This document shows positions 50,801 to 64,000 of a DNA stretch of 64,000 bases, in pieces; positions within the stretch are counted from its first letter, which is position 1; each line of letters starts with the position of its first letter. The notes under the pieces were generated by a model. The model was not told where the DNA came from. It ran no database searches and saw only the letters and a program-made list of their open reading frames with translations. Made by a program: the position numbers and the translations under genes. The stretch is from Octopus vulgaris (Eukaryota): positions 20,832,001 through 20,896,000 of the forward strand of contig OX597820.1 in NCBI GenBank assembly GCA_951406725.2. Direction: 5' to 3'.

Positions 50801-51612
50801 TCTGAGTTCAAATTCCGCCAAGGTCAACTTTGCCTTTCGTCCTTTTGGGGTTGATAAATTAAGTAGCAGTTGCATACTGGGTTCGATCTAATTGACTGGC
50901 CCCCTCCCCCAAAATTTCTGAGTTCAAATTCTGCCAAGGTCAACTTTGCCTTTCATCCTTTTGGGGTTGATAAATTAAGTAGCAGTTGCATACTGGGGTT
51001 GTTCTAATCGACTGTTCCCCTCCCCCAAAATTTCTGAGTTCAAATTCTGCCAAGATCAACTTTGCCTTTCATCCTTTTGGGGTTGATAAATTAAGTAGCA
51101 GTTGCATACTGGGGTCGATCTAATTGACTGTTCCCCTCCCCCAAAATTTCTGAGTTCAAATTCTGCCAAGATCAACTTTGCCTTTCATCCTTTTGGGGTT
51201 GATAAATTAAGTAGCAGTTGCATACTGGGGTCGATCTAATCGACTGTTCCCCTCCCCCAAAATTTCTGAGTTCAAATTCTGCCAAGGTCAACTTTGCCTT
51301 TCATCCTTTTGGGGTTGATAAATTAAGTAGCAGTTGTATACTGGGGTTGATCTAATCGACTGGCCCCCACCCCCAAAATTTCTGAGTTCAAATTCTGCCA
51401 AGGTCAACTTTACCTTTCGTCCTTTTGGGGTTGATAAATTAAGTAGCAGTTGCATACTGGGGTCGATCTAATTGACTGTTCCCCTCTCCCAAAATTTCTG
51501 AGTTCAAATTCCGCCAAGGTCAACTTTGCCTTTCGTCCTTTTGGGATTGATAATTTAAATAGCTGTTGCATACTGGGGTCGATCTAATTGACTGGCCCCC
51601 TCCCCCAAAATT
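50801..51612 (+). repeat. Minisatellite: 7 x 116-bp units inside SINE B (50731-51645)
   Basis: tctgagttcaaatt recurs at 50801, 50917, 51033, 51149, 51265, 51381, 51497. Confidence 0.9.
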
Positions 51613-52029
51613 TCAGGCCTTGTGCCTAGAGTAGAAAAGAATAGAATCCAAACACTAGATTTTTCCTTCTGGACATACTGTTGCTTATACAAACCAACAT
51701 AATAATCCTAGGCTGACCAATGCTTTGTGAATTTAATTTGACATTTAGGAACTGTGAAAACCAATTATGTGTGTGTGTTTGTGTGTGTGTGTGCGCGCGT
51801 GTGTTTATCCCCACCCCCACTCAATGCCTGACAACTGGTGTTGGTTTCTTTAGGTTCCCAGAGCTTAGCAGCTTTGGCAAAAAAAATCCCATACATTAAG
51901 TACCAGACTCAATAAAACAAAGCAACGGGGTTGATTTGTTCAACTAAACCCTTCTCGGTGGTGCTCCAGCATGGCCACAGTTCCATGACTGAAACAACTA
52001 AAAGATAAAAGAAACGATAAGGCCCATAC

Positions 52030-52257
52030 CTTTCAGTTGACTCAAGATCCTCCACAACGCTGATTGAACTTTGACTGCCAGTTTTAGAAAATGCTAATCT
52101 TTTCTGTTTCCCTGTCTTGTTATTAGAATTTTTGAGACCATTCTGTAGAATTTTATGACTAATGTGATCAACATCTTCATCCTCAACCTCTTGAATTGAC
52201 GTTAACTCATCCTCAAAACAGTCATCTGATTCTATGTCTTCATCTAAGTTGCCATTA
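52030..52257 (-). CDS. Rab gene acidic linker exon (NGNLDEDIESDDCFEDELTSIQEVEDEDVDH...SISVVEDLESTER)
   Basis: Within ORF 51909-52271; acceptor after a pyrimidine tract, donor GTATGG; 228 nt, phase 2 to 2. Confidence 0.7.
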
Positions 52258-52916
52258 CTGGAGTAATTCATGTCATGGTAAAAAAGAAAGACAAAACAAT
52301 ATAATTTTTGAATATTTAAACATGATTAAAATATCAAAATAGATTAAGCAATGTATTAATAGATAACATGAGATAAAGTTATGATGAGGTACCTTCTTTA
52401 GTGATGAGGTAAAAGTATATATCCCTCTCTCTCTCTTTGGGAGAGGCACAAGCACCTACACGTACATGTACACACACGGCAGTTACTTCCGCCTGCCGAA
52501 TTCAATCACAAAGCTTCGGTCAGCTCGGGGCTATAGTGGAAGACACCTACCCGAAGTGCCACGCAGTGGGACTGAACCCGAAACCATGTAGCTAGGAAGC
52601 AAGCTCCCTAACCATACAGCCATGCCATATAGATATATATAGAGAGAGAGGGATAGAGAGAGAGACATACAGAGACAGGCAGAAACAAGGAAAATGCCCC
52701 TTGTATTTGAATACTATGCAAATATTCTTTAAAAACTTTTCATATAATTTTTCCAAAATTTAATTGGTTTCCATGCTTACAGTTCAAGAAGTCTCAATGA
52801 CTGAAACTGGTACTGAAATGTTTTTTATAAAATTATTTTAGCATTTTCAACCGTGACTTTTTTTCCATATGTATATATATATATATATCAACTCTTGTGT
52901 TTCTTTTCAACCTTCG

Positions 52917-52947
<31 letters not shown>

Positions 52948-53104
52948 AACAGATATAAGAGGGATGTCCTGTACGTGGACATCCCTCTTATATGTATGTA
53001 ATATAATTTTTTCTAAAACTTCAGATTTTTTAATATGCTAGACCACTGGTTTTCAATTTATATTAATCAAATTAATATTCAATTTTTCACCTTTATTATT
53101 TAAG

Positions 53105-53151
<47 letters not shown>

Positions 53152-53469
53152 TGTAAAGTCATAAATGGCAGAGACATAGTTTCATAAAATTTTGTTTAAC
53201 AATAAGAAACTGCAATCTGACTGGATCCCATGTTAGTGGCACGTAAAAAGCACCATTCGAGCGTGGGTGATGCCAGTGCCACCTTACTGGCCCCCATGAC
53301 GGTGGCACATAAAAAGCATCCACTACACTCTCAGAGTGGTTGGCATTAGGAAGGGCATCCAGCTGTAGAAACCTTGCCAGATCAGATTTGAACCTGGTGC
53401 AGCTGCTTGGTTTGCTAATCCTCAGTCAAATCATCCAACCCATGCCAGCATGGAAAGCAGATGTTAAAC

Positions 53470-53508
<39 letters not shown>

Positions 53509-53588
53509 AATTCAAATATCATGACAAATTGCTTCATAACTTAAAAATATGTAAATAATTTATATTATTATATTTAATAATAAATAAA

Positions 53589-53973
53589 AGGAGTGGCTGT
53601 GTGGTAAGTAGCTTGTTTACCAACCACATGGTTACGGGTTCAGTCCCACTGCGTGGCACCTTGGGCAAGTGTCCTCCACTATAGCCTCGGGCCGACCAAA
53701 GCCTTGTGAGTGGATTTGGTAGACGGAAACTGAAAGAAGCCCGTCGTATATATGTATATATATATATATGTATGTTTGTGTCTGTGTTTGTCCCTCTAGC
53801 ATTGCTTGACAACCAATGCTGGTGTGTTTATGTCCCCGACACTTAGTGGTTCGGCAAAAAGAGACCGGTAGAATAAGTACTGGGCTTACAAAGAATAAGT
53901 CCCGGGTCGAGTTGCTCAATTAAAGGCGGTGCTCCAGCATGGCCGCAGTCAAATGACTGAAACAAGTAAAAGA
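53589..53973 (+). mobile_element. SINE family A
   Basis: Full structure. Confidence 0.85.
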
Positions 53974-54410
53974 GGAATACATGTCTGCCTTAATGCAAAA
54001 TGCAAAAAACCTTTCAAAATAATGCAGAATTTAAGCTTTGTCTTCAAGTGAAAGAAAATCCTTGTTATATACATATTCTCTTTTATCGTCCTATATGTTT
54101 TGTTGAATGATTCATTAAGGAGCTTTTTTGATGAGTATTACGGGATTACTTGAATCTATATATATTGTGACTTAAATTTATATATACATATATACTTCGC
54201 TGAATGTGCGTAAAGTCTGAAGTACATCCAGTGAAGTTTAAACATGGAAAAGCAGTACCTTAGCATATCTTTAAAAAGCATACATATACGTGTGTGTGTG
54301 TGCGTGTGCATGCAAGTCTGTTTGTATATATATATCTGTATATATTTTTGTATTCATAATTTATTTGCATACTCCAAATTTTACCATAAATGAATTTAAA
54401 AGCTGTGTGC

Positions 54411-54442
<32 letters not shown>

Positions 54443-54825
54443 GTGTGTGTTTGTGTGTATATATGTGTGTATATGCATGTCTATATACATGAGTGTGCAT
54501 ATATGTGTGTGTAAATTTTTGTAGAACATTAGAAATAAATGACATTGCTTTAGTGACTAAAACCTTCACAGCACTGCCCCAGCATGGCCATAGTTCAATG
54601 ACAAAAAATGATATAAGGTAAAGATGTGTGTGTGTGTGTGTGTGTGTGCACGTGCACTTATGTATGTGTACAGGTGTAGGTAGCAAAGTCGGGCCCCCTG
54701 ATAATATATGCAAAAGTATTACAGTAAGAACAAGTACCCCAAAACTCGCTAAGTATGAAAAACTATTTATTTAATTGATAAGAGTGATAAGAGCATTAGA
54801 TAACTGTTGCTTATATACAACAAAA

Positions 54826-55055
54826 GGTGGCGAGCTCGCAGAAACGTTAGCGCCCCGGGTGAAATGCTTAGCGGTATTTCGTCTGACGTTACGTTCTGAG
54901 TTCAAATTCCGCCGAGGTAGACTTTGCCTTTCATCCTTTCGGAGTCAATAAATAAGGTACCAGTTTCGCACTGGGGTTGATGTAATCGACTTAATCCATT
55001 TGTCTGTCCTTGTCTGTCCCCTCTATATTTAGCCCCTTGTGGGTAGTAAAGAAAT
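54826..55055 (+). mobile_element. SINE family B
   Basis: ggcgagct.gcagaaacgttagc head plus Nin-like core. Confidence 0.8.
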
Positions 55056-55714
55056 ATATATACAACAATAGCTGTCTCTTATAAAGAAAGAAATGTGTTT
55101 ATTCAGTTTTCCTAATTTGGTATTCACGATTTAATATCAAATTTTCCATGCTTGCATGAGTTAGGTAGAACTTATTGAGGCTGGTTTGCTGCAGTTATAT
55201 GTCCTTCCGGTCACTAACTTTTACCTGCTTTTAAATAAGGTAATATTTCCACATGGTCAAACATATTTTTACAGTAGATTTGAAATGAATACCATTGCTT
55301 GTGTGACAGTGATGCTCATTTACAACCAGCATGTGATGTAAAGAAAAGAGGTTCACACTAACACACACACACATGTATATATGAATCATCATCATCGTCA
55401 TTTAAACGTCCGTTTTTCTGGCATGGGTTGGATGGTTTGACTGCAGTCTGGAGAACCAGCAGCTGCACCAAGCTTCAATTTGATCTAGCAATTTTTGTAC
55501 AGCTGGATGCTCTTCCTAACGCCAACCACTCCAGAAGTATAGTGTGTGCTTTTTATGTGCCACCAGCACAGGAGCCAGTAAGGTAGGTCTGGCATTAATC
55601 ATGTTCAGATAGTGCTTTCTACATGCCACCAGCATGGGAACCAGTCAGGTGTCACTGGCATGAGCCACGTTTGGATGGTGTTTTTATATATATATATATA
55701 TATACATACATTGT

Positions 55715-56003
55715 TTGTCCCTTCTCAAGCAATGCCTAACACATAAGGGCCAGTTTCCTGGTTTCCTTGGCATATAGGTTCCCCACCTGGATGGGACGCC
55801 GGTGAGCTGCAAGATGCAGGAGGAAAGAGTGAGAGAAAGTTGTGGCAAAAGAGTCAGCAGAAGTTCGCCATTACCTTCTGCCGGAGCCGCGTGGAGCTTA
55901 GGTGTTTCACTCATAAACACACACATCGCCTGGTCTGAGATTCGAACCTGCGATCCCTCGACCGCGAGTCTGCTGCTCTAACCACTAGGCCACCTGCCTC
56001 CAC
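55715..56003 (-). mobile_element. SINE family C
   Basis: Reverse complement of 9490-9770; B box ggttcgaatct. Confidence 0.8.
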
Positions 56004-56364
56004 ATATACATACATACATACATATATGTATTTATATATATACATATATCAAACAATGATGATGATGATGAGATATATATATATATATATGACATGGTAC
56101 TTTCATTGCCCATCTACCAAATCCACTCATATGGTCACAGAAGACCCTTGCTTAAGGTGCCATCCAATGGGAATGAACTCAAGGCCGCAGGGTTGGGAAG
56201 CAAGCTTCTTAACCGCATAGCTACATCTGTACCTCTCTCTCTCTCTCTCTCGATATATATATATATACACATGGACTCAATCACATACACACTCATATAT
56301 GTACATAATGTCAGTGTGCACACATGATAGAGTGTAAATGATTTAAGAGGAAAACTGGGAATAA

Positions 56365-56515
56365 GAGGCATCACAATTGGGCAAGATAGAAGACTGCACT
56401 AGTTTGGTTGTGTGATGCACATGGATGATGACTGCAGCATAAAGAAGCACCATGATCTTGTTGGAATTGTTGAAAGTACTTGTAGAAGGGGTAGACTCAG
56501 GAAGATGTGGGACAA
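56365..56515 (+). mobile_element. Old RTE ORF2 fragment
   Basis: Decayed RL.xFG.VM.M...GR.RK.W motif. Confidence 0.45.
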
Positions 56516-56969
56516 TAACTTTTTATTTAAGCATACTTATTTGGCTATTGGCTCTCTACTCTGATAAGATTGTTTTGTTTATGTTTCAGCTGATTATTTC
56601 TTCAGTAATCTTTGTGTTTCTTCGACAAATTTTTCCAATAGCTGGGCAGTATATGCCAAGTTCATTGTCAGATAACATCCTTCGTGCTACAAAATCTCAT
56701 CTATTGCTCAACTGTGTACACTGTTCAGACAGTTAAGCAATTAACTGAAGAGGTCTGAAAATGATTGAAAATGCAATTAACCTGAACAAATCCACACACA
56801 TTTTGTATATGATGGAACCACATTATGTTACTATGTCATCTATGTGTGTGCACATACATTCACATGTGTGCATGAATAAAATATATCAAAATATGGTATT
56901 AATCTCCAAATATTTTAAAGCCCAAAATATCAGTTTCCTTCATTATGTTAAACTCTTTTTTTTTTTAAT

Positions 56970-57270
56970 TTGTTCCTTCTCAAGCCATGCCTGTCTCATA
57001 AGGGCCAGTTTTCCAGTTTCCTTGGCATATAGGTTCCCCACCTGGACAGGACACCGGTCTGTCGCAGGTGAGCTGCAAGATGCAGGAGGAAAGAGTGAAA
57101 GAAAGGTGTGGCGAAAGGGTCAGCAGAAGTTCGCCATTACCTTCTGCCAGAGCCGCATGGAGCTTAAATGTTTCACTCATAAACACACATATCACCAGGT
57201 CTGAGATTCAAACCCACGATCCCTCGACCGCAAGACCACTGCTCTAACCACTAGGCCATGTGCCTCCACT
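56970..57270 (-). mobile_element. SINE family C
   Basis: Close copy of 55715-56003. Confidence 0.8.
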
Positions 57271-58208
57271 ATGTTAAACTCTACAAACCGCAAATTTCAC
57301 ACAACTGAAGATTCATTAATTAACGTAGAATAACAATTTTAGTTAAACTTAACCTTTAGACAGACAAATAGACGCAAAATTTCTGTTTTCCATGTCATAA
57401 TCTTCATATGAGTTACACCTACCAGACTTAATAAAAATACTGGTCTATTAGCCATAACTTGATCAGTTCATATCTTATCATCTGCACTATATAATGTGTC
57501 TGGTAAAGACATCTGTCTTTCAATGATCTAGATCAGGCATCGGGAAATGATTTTCAAGAAGCAATGCCATTCAGTCAGTCCCATGGGTTACAGTCTGTCC
57601 ATGGCTGGTCAAGATCATGAAATTGCAATTAGGAACCAGTGATAATTATCCTTTAGCTTTATAAGTATAACTGGCTTACTATATAATTGAGTTATAGCAC
57701 AGGTACAAGACATTCTATTTAGGGGATAGATACAGTGAATTATATTCACTCAGTACTCAAATGGTAGTTATTCTGTTAACCCTGGAAGATCAAAATGCAA
57801 AGTAGACCTCAGCAGAATTTGAACTCAGAACATAAAAGTATGCAAGTAAATATCACAAGGTATTTCATCTGTCATTGTACTAATTCTGATAATCACAACT
57901 GTTAGGTAGTTAATCACATTGTTGCTCCGAGCTGCTCAAAATCTCTCAAGAACATAGAAAAGAAGCAATTTGAAAATTTTTCAGTTCGTCTTTCGTTTAA
58001 TCTTCAATCACTACAGAGAGAGAGAGAGACAAAGCTTTCAGTTAGGTTCCACTGAGCCTATGTATATCGGGACTAAAACTTTTATTTACAAAGCTTGCAA
58101 ATAAAATTGTGCTCATCTCACTGAATTGAGCCAACAAAAACAAAAATAAATTGAACCTTCCAATAGGCTGGATCGTTGTCATTGTCGTTGTCGTCATCAT
58201 CAACGAAT

Positions 58209-58473
58209 GCAGGAGTGGCTGTGTGGTAAGTAGCTTGCTTACCAACCACATGGTTTTGGGTTCATGGCACCTTGGGCAAGTGTCTTCTACTTTAGCTTCG
58301 GGTCGACCAAAGCCTTGTGAATAGATTTGGTAGACGGAAACTGAAAGAAGCCCATTCTATAAATATATATATATATAAATGAAAGAATGGAGTTGAACGA
58401 CGTTGCTACCCAGGTATCGGTTAACCGAATTATCCATAATAAGATAATTCATTCAACTACTCAAATATATATA

Positions 58474-58504
<31 letters not shown>

Positions 58505-58682
58505 GCGTATATATGTTTGTGTGTCTGTGTTTGTCTCCCTGACATCGCTTGAAAACTGATGCAAAACAGACCAATAGAATAATTACTAGGCTTACAAAGA
58601 ATAGGTTCTGGGGTCGATTTATTCGACTGAAGGCAGTGCTCCATCATGACCCCAGTCAAATGACTGAAACCAGTAAAAGAAT
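58209..58682 (+). mobile_element. SINE family A with an about 85-bp insert in its microsatellite
   Basis: Head and tail present; unrelated hairpin-containing insert at 58378-58465. Confidence 0.75.
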
Positions 58683-61600
58683 AAAAGCAGTTTTCTATAC
58701 TGGCATGAGTTTGGCAGCATGAGAGGCTCTGACAAGCCGCAGGGCTGTGCTAAGCTCCCTGTGTACTGAACAGTAAGAGTTGAAAGATCCCACATCATCG
58801 TGATTTGAATGAATGTAGACCAGTGAGACACTGAATCAGAAAATATGAGAACTAGCTTGTTTAAAACATTAAAATAATGTTTTTCCACTAAAAATGGAGA
58901 GTCAAATAATGTTAGGTTCAAACACTTTAATACAGATCAACACTTTAACTAAGAAATTTTCTCTGCTTATATGTTCATAATGACCTTCTCCTAAATAAGT
59001 TGCCATTCATGACTGAGTCCTGTCTGTCCTTGCTGTTAGTCAATAGCCAGGGCAATGTTTGACTGATACCAGAGCATGTCCACACCCACTCAGGTGAGCC
59101 AGCATTGCTTTCTCTCTTGGGTCCATAAAACAACAGATAAGCAGTGAATTGGCTGAATCATTAAGCATCAGACACAATGTTTCGTGATATTTGTTTTGAA
59201 TAACTGTGTTTTAAGTTCAAATCTCACAGAGGTCAATTCTGCCTTTCATCCTTTCAGAAGTCAATAAAAAAAAATGAAAAGAACCAGTCCAAGGCAGCAG
59301 ATTGATGGAACTGTAAAAAGATCAGACCAGATATTTTGCAGTATTTGTTCCAGTCCTTTGCTTTCCAAATTCAAATCCTACCACAGCTTACTTGGGTGGT
59401 AGACTTAACTCAGTCCCTAGGTCAACACCAATGGGCACCTTCAGCAGAGTCCACTCTGTTGCAAACATTCAGACCAGGTCCCTGGGTTAAGGAAATCTTC
59501 TTCCTTCTTAGTCTTGGACACCATGTAAAGGATCATGAACACTGACTTCCTTTCTGACTTAAAAGGATCAAATCAAATCTAAAAGAGCACAAAATATACA
59601 GACCAAATTGTTTTTGTTTAAAGACTAATTTTCTTTTTAAATTGTATATGTTGCCTCAATTCATTAAATTTATTTTCCAGGGGGACAATAATTGACAGAA
59701 TCAGTTGGGTTTTGGACAAAATACCTTCAAACTATTTGGTTGCATCTCTTTATGTTCTGAGTTCAAATTCCATCAGAGTTGCCTTTACCATCATCTCTCC
59801 AATCATCGTCAACAATTTGCTTAAGACCATGTTCCCTGCAAGTATGTGTTGAATGGTTTGAAAGGATCCAATGGGCCCAAAGACTGCACCAGGCACTAGT
59901 TTCTATGGCTGGACATCTTCCCTAATACCAGTGTCGATAAATAAATACCAGTAATATACTGAGCTTGATTCCAATTACTATATTTTCTTCTTCTGTCAAT
60001 TTATTTCAGCCTTGTCATAATGTAACAAATCAATATATCATAAAAACATTTGTTTCACTTCCACAACTCACTAAATCCATTTCTTCTTCAGAATAATAAA
60101 ACCAGCTGCTCATATTTCATCCAGGACAACACTTGCCAACACTGTATATATCTAAAATAGTTTTCATTTGATCCATCTTTGTTTTTGCTTAAAGAGCAAA
60201 GAAACTTATCCAGTATAGATTAGATGGTGTTAAACATCTATTGCCAGCTAATAGCTTTTGTCTCACACATATTTTTGAAGAGATATAACCAATTAAAAAC
60301 CAATCAATAATTGCACTGAAACTTTCACTTCCTTTTTCTCTGGCTCTTGTTATAAACAGTCATGCAACAAAACTTGTAGAAATAGTCTAAGATGGGAATT
60401 AATTACAAAGTTAAAAGAATCAGTCAGGATATTTTAGACTCTTTTAGTTTGTTATATCATGAGTACCAGATAGAAAGTATGAGGATATACCCTGGTATAT
60501 TTCAACCATTGTTTCAGTTAAAGGCTTAATCCCAAGGGTAGATGAGGCTCAGCCATAAATGGCAACCCATCTAAGAGAACAAAAACTATGGGTACTACTC
60601 ATACTTAGCACCATATCTTGCCATCTCAAGGTTTTGGATAAAGGCTTATGGTTAAAATGATTAGAGCAAAGATTTGACAGGTTGCATCCAATAATCTGGA
60701 ACCCTTTTGATACCAATCCACTTAAGATGCTCTTGGTTCTAAGATACAAACTTCTTATTTGAAAGTAATGTAAATTAAAATCTTCCATCAAAATTTCATG
60801 TCACCTGTCATTGCACTGATTAAAATTTTGCAATCATCATCATCGTTTAGTATCCATTTCCATGCTAGCATGGGTTGGACAGTTCGACCGGGGTCTGGGA
60901 AGTCAGGAGGCTGCACCAAGCTCCAGTCTGATCTGGCAGTGTTTCTACAGCTGAATGGCCTTCCTAATGCCAACCACTCCGTGAGTGTAGTGGGTGCTTT
61001 TTACATGCCACGGGAGGCTGGCAATAGCCACGATCGGTTGGTGCTTTTTACATGCCACTGGAGTGGAAGCCTGTCAAGGCGGCGCTGGCATCGGCCATGT
61101 TCGGATGGTGCTTTTTACATGCCACCAGCACAGGTATCACAACTACAATTTCCATTTGATTCTTATTTTGATGTTGATGTACTTGACTCAATAGATTTCC
61201 TCAAGCACAGCAGGTCGCCATACGATCCAAGGTAAGCACAGCAGGCCATCCTGCGATAGCAAGCTGTGTAAGACATTAATTGTATGCAAATCAATTCTCG
61301 CAACCTCTAGCTATTGGTTAGTAAAAATAAAATGTGCATACTACATCATATGAAATGTGGAGAATTCTAGAAATTATCTTACAATTAAAAATGAGTGAAT
61401 TTGGTTTTTGTATCTTGTATGCATTTGCACAGAAATGAGTATATTAGGTTCCTGTGCAGTAAATGTCAATTTATGTTCCAAACACCAGATTAAAAATGAC
61501 AAGTTATTTTGCTAAATTCTACATTTTTTCAAAATTATTTTAAGTAAAAGCTGTAGTTTATTTCAACATGATAAGAAAAGAGTTAAACATTAATGTAAGG

Positions 61601-64000
61601 TCTAACCATGGACAAAGAAGTTATTGAAAATCCTGTAGTTCCACAGTGGGGATTATGGAGAATGAAGGTGGCTGTTGGTACTACTAGGGAACTTGTCAGA
61701 GAACAGCTTAAATACCAGTTATTCCTTCAGGTTCAATAAAGTAAGTATCAGTAACTCTGCTAATGGTAAAATATGGAATAAGAATGTCTACCATCTTGCT
61801 GTAATATAGATACTAGAAAAGAATCTGAAGTTGATTCTAACCAGGTATTAAACATAATGTCTTTATTTTGTGAGATGCTCTAGGACATACTAGTTGACAC
61901 AAAGCCAGAGATTAAGGTTAGTCAGCTAGAAATAGTGGCTAAAGTACAATGTCAAAACTCCTATGTAACAGACCAAATGTATATTGGAATTAAAACATGA
62001 TTTGCAAATATACAACGAAGTACCATCTAGTATTGTACAACAACCCTAAAAAAGACACTTGTAATTCAAGATTTAATGTCACCAAACTTCAGGATAACAT
62101 CTCTACTAACTAAATTACAAGCATGTAATAACTTTTACAATAATAATAATAATAATAATAATAACAATGAATTCATGTAAAAAGTAATCTTTAGCAATGG
62201 AATCTTTGTCATGACATTTGCTTTGCCCCTTGTGTCAACTTTATTAATGTTCATTCTCTTGATTAGATCCTGTTCCATTTATATATCCAGTACAAACATT
62301 CCCTTACTTTCCGATCTATCTTCCTTCCTGGCCCACCTCTATTTCTCTCACCTTATGCCCCTCCATACTGGTATTTCCCATCAACCACACTTACACATTT
62401 GTTCATCATCCACTACATTCATCCCTACCTTTATCTCTAACCATTCGCTACTCTCCTTCCACACACTTATGAAATTACCCACCCTCTATTTCCTACCCCC
62501 AATCCAGTATCTACACCCCCTCTTTTACTCAAATTCTTATACCTAGACAGTTCTCTCAGAACCTCATCACCATCATCTTTATCTTGCTCCCAGCTATTCC
62601 TGCCCATTTTTATATAATTGGGGGGGGGGGGGGCAGCCATGTATCTCCTCTACAACAAGATATCTGTGCTTGTCCTTTTATTATACTTTAGTCCATTGAT
62701 CCTCGACATTTTTATCCTTGTATAACCCTTAAAATAAATTACATATCTCAGGGAAGCCCTGCACAAAAATCTCATTAAGATTTTGTTACATCTACAGCAG
62801 CTTAATAATATCATCATCATCATCATCAACGTTTAACGTCTGTTTTCTATGCTGGCATGGGTTGGACAGTTTGACTGGGGACTAGCAAGCCAGGAGGCCG
62901 CACCAGGCTCCAATCTTGATCTGGCAGAGTTTCAACAGCTGGATGCCCTTCCTAACGCCAACCACTCTGAGAGTGTAGTGGGTGCTTTTTACGTGCCACC
63001 GGCAAAGGAGCCAATCAGGCATCACTGGCATCGGCCACATTCGGACGGTGCTTTTTATGTGCCACCAGCATATGAGCTAGTCAGGAAAGGAGAAGGTGGC
63101 ATCAAACAGTAAATTGAATAAAACCAAATCCAAAACCCAGTATCATGTGTCATGTATGTTTCATCTTGATATTTATACTTATTTTCAACAATGTGAGATA
63201 TTTTATGAGTATCTGTGTGAATCCATGCAAACTTAGTTATGAGTGTACATATAAGTGAATGAATTTGATAGACATGAACTGTAAGAAACCCATCGTGTGT
63301 GTGTGTGTGCCTTTGGGTCTGTGTTGTTTCACACCAATGTTTGACAACCATTGTTAATTTGTTTACATCCTCATAACTTAGTAGTTCATCAAAAGAGACT
63401 GATAGAATAAGTACCAAGCTTAACAAAAACAGAAGTACTGGGGTCGATTCATTAGACTAAAGTCTCTTCAAAGCAGTGCCCCAGCATGGCCACAGCCTAA
63501 TGACTAAAACGATTAAAAGATAAAAGATAAGCCTGTATTAAAGGCCCACATCATAATATCCAAACAGTTTGATACACATGTCCTAATGTAGGATGAATGT
63601 TAAGAGTGACTTAACTTGTGCTTCAAGTGTATTAATGAAGTATTACAGGAGCTCAATAAAATGTTCTCCAATTTTGATATGACAGATATCTTTAATATTG
63701 TTACCACTCAGATAAATAGTCCTTTCTGCTACAGGCACAAGGCCTGAAGTTTTTTGGGGAGAGGCCTAATCAATTACATCAACCCCAGTGTTTCACTGGT
63801 ACTGAATTTATTGGCTTTAGGAAGTGATTTCTTTATATGAAATGAGGCAGTGAGATCACAAGCAAACCAACAGAAAGGAGTTTGTAGATAGAAGATGCAG
63901 AGCAAGAGTAGCAAGCAGAGAGATACTAGTGATATTTAGTCATTTAAATGACCAGAAAGATCCTGAGAAGTAGTTGACAGCTTCTATTACCTAAGTGACC

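Noticed and set aside
56536-56754. Minus-strand exon-like segment
   Set aside because: Stops in all frames between plausible splice sites
56745-56770. CTGAAGA...GAAA hammerhead-like match
   Set aside because: Only 5 nt between the cores, so no stem II; no convincing stem I
57919-58010. Segment after a strong (TC)n-TGTAG acceptor on minus
   Set aside because: Immediate stops in all frames; the pyrimidine tract is a microsatellite

Overview
AT-rich, microsatellite- and SINE-dense animal genomic DNA, most likely Octopus (inferred from the tRNA-derived SINE families and repeat style). It holds two convergent, intron-rich protein-coding genes, both reconstructed by hand with GT-AG sites. (1) The 3' part of a FAM221A orthologue on + (6 coding exons, 3661-18032; N-terminal exons lie left of the window). 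(2) The 3' part of a large Rab44/Rab46(CRACR2A)-type GTPase gene on - (11 exons, 52257 to stop at 32209) with a complete Rab domain and a C-terminal CC motif; one linker junction is phase-unresolved and the EF-hand/coiled-coil N-terminus was not found. Almost all other ORF-track entries are translations of microsatellites or SINEs. Mobile DNA includes an RTE LINE apparently inserted in the left TIR of a decayed IR/DR Tc1, CR1 and RTE fragments, several SINE families, piggyBac-, mariner- and Tc2-like MITEs, and a long-TIR MITE with a telomere-like core. Best finds: (a) a minimal hammerhead-ribozyme fold with a swapped G3:C8 core inside a Penelope-like inverted repeat, whose second arm starts at the predicted cleavage site, plus two decayed hammerheads; (b) a Tc2-like MITE carrying a templated patch that includes a copy of a FAM221A exon end and donor, forming a candidate frame-preserving poison exon; (c) an A-B-A-B higher-order MITE array; (d) a tRNA-like cloverleaf inside an inverted-repeat element. 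All analysis was by eye; no searches were run, and repeat boundaries are approximate.
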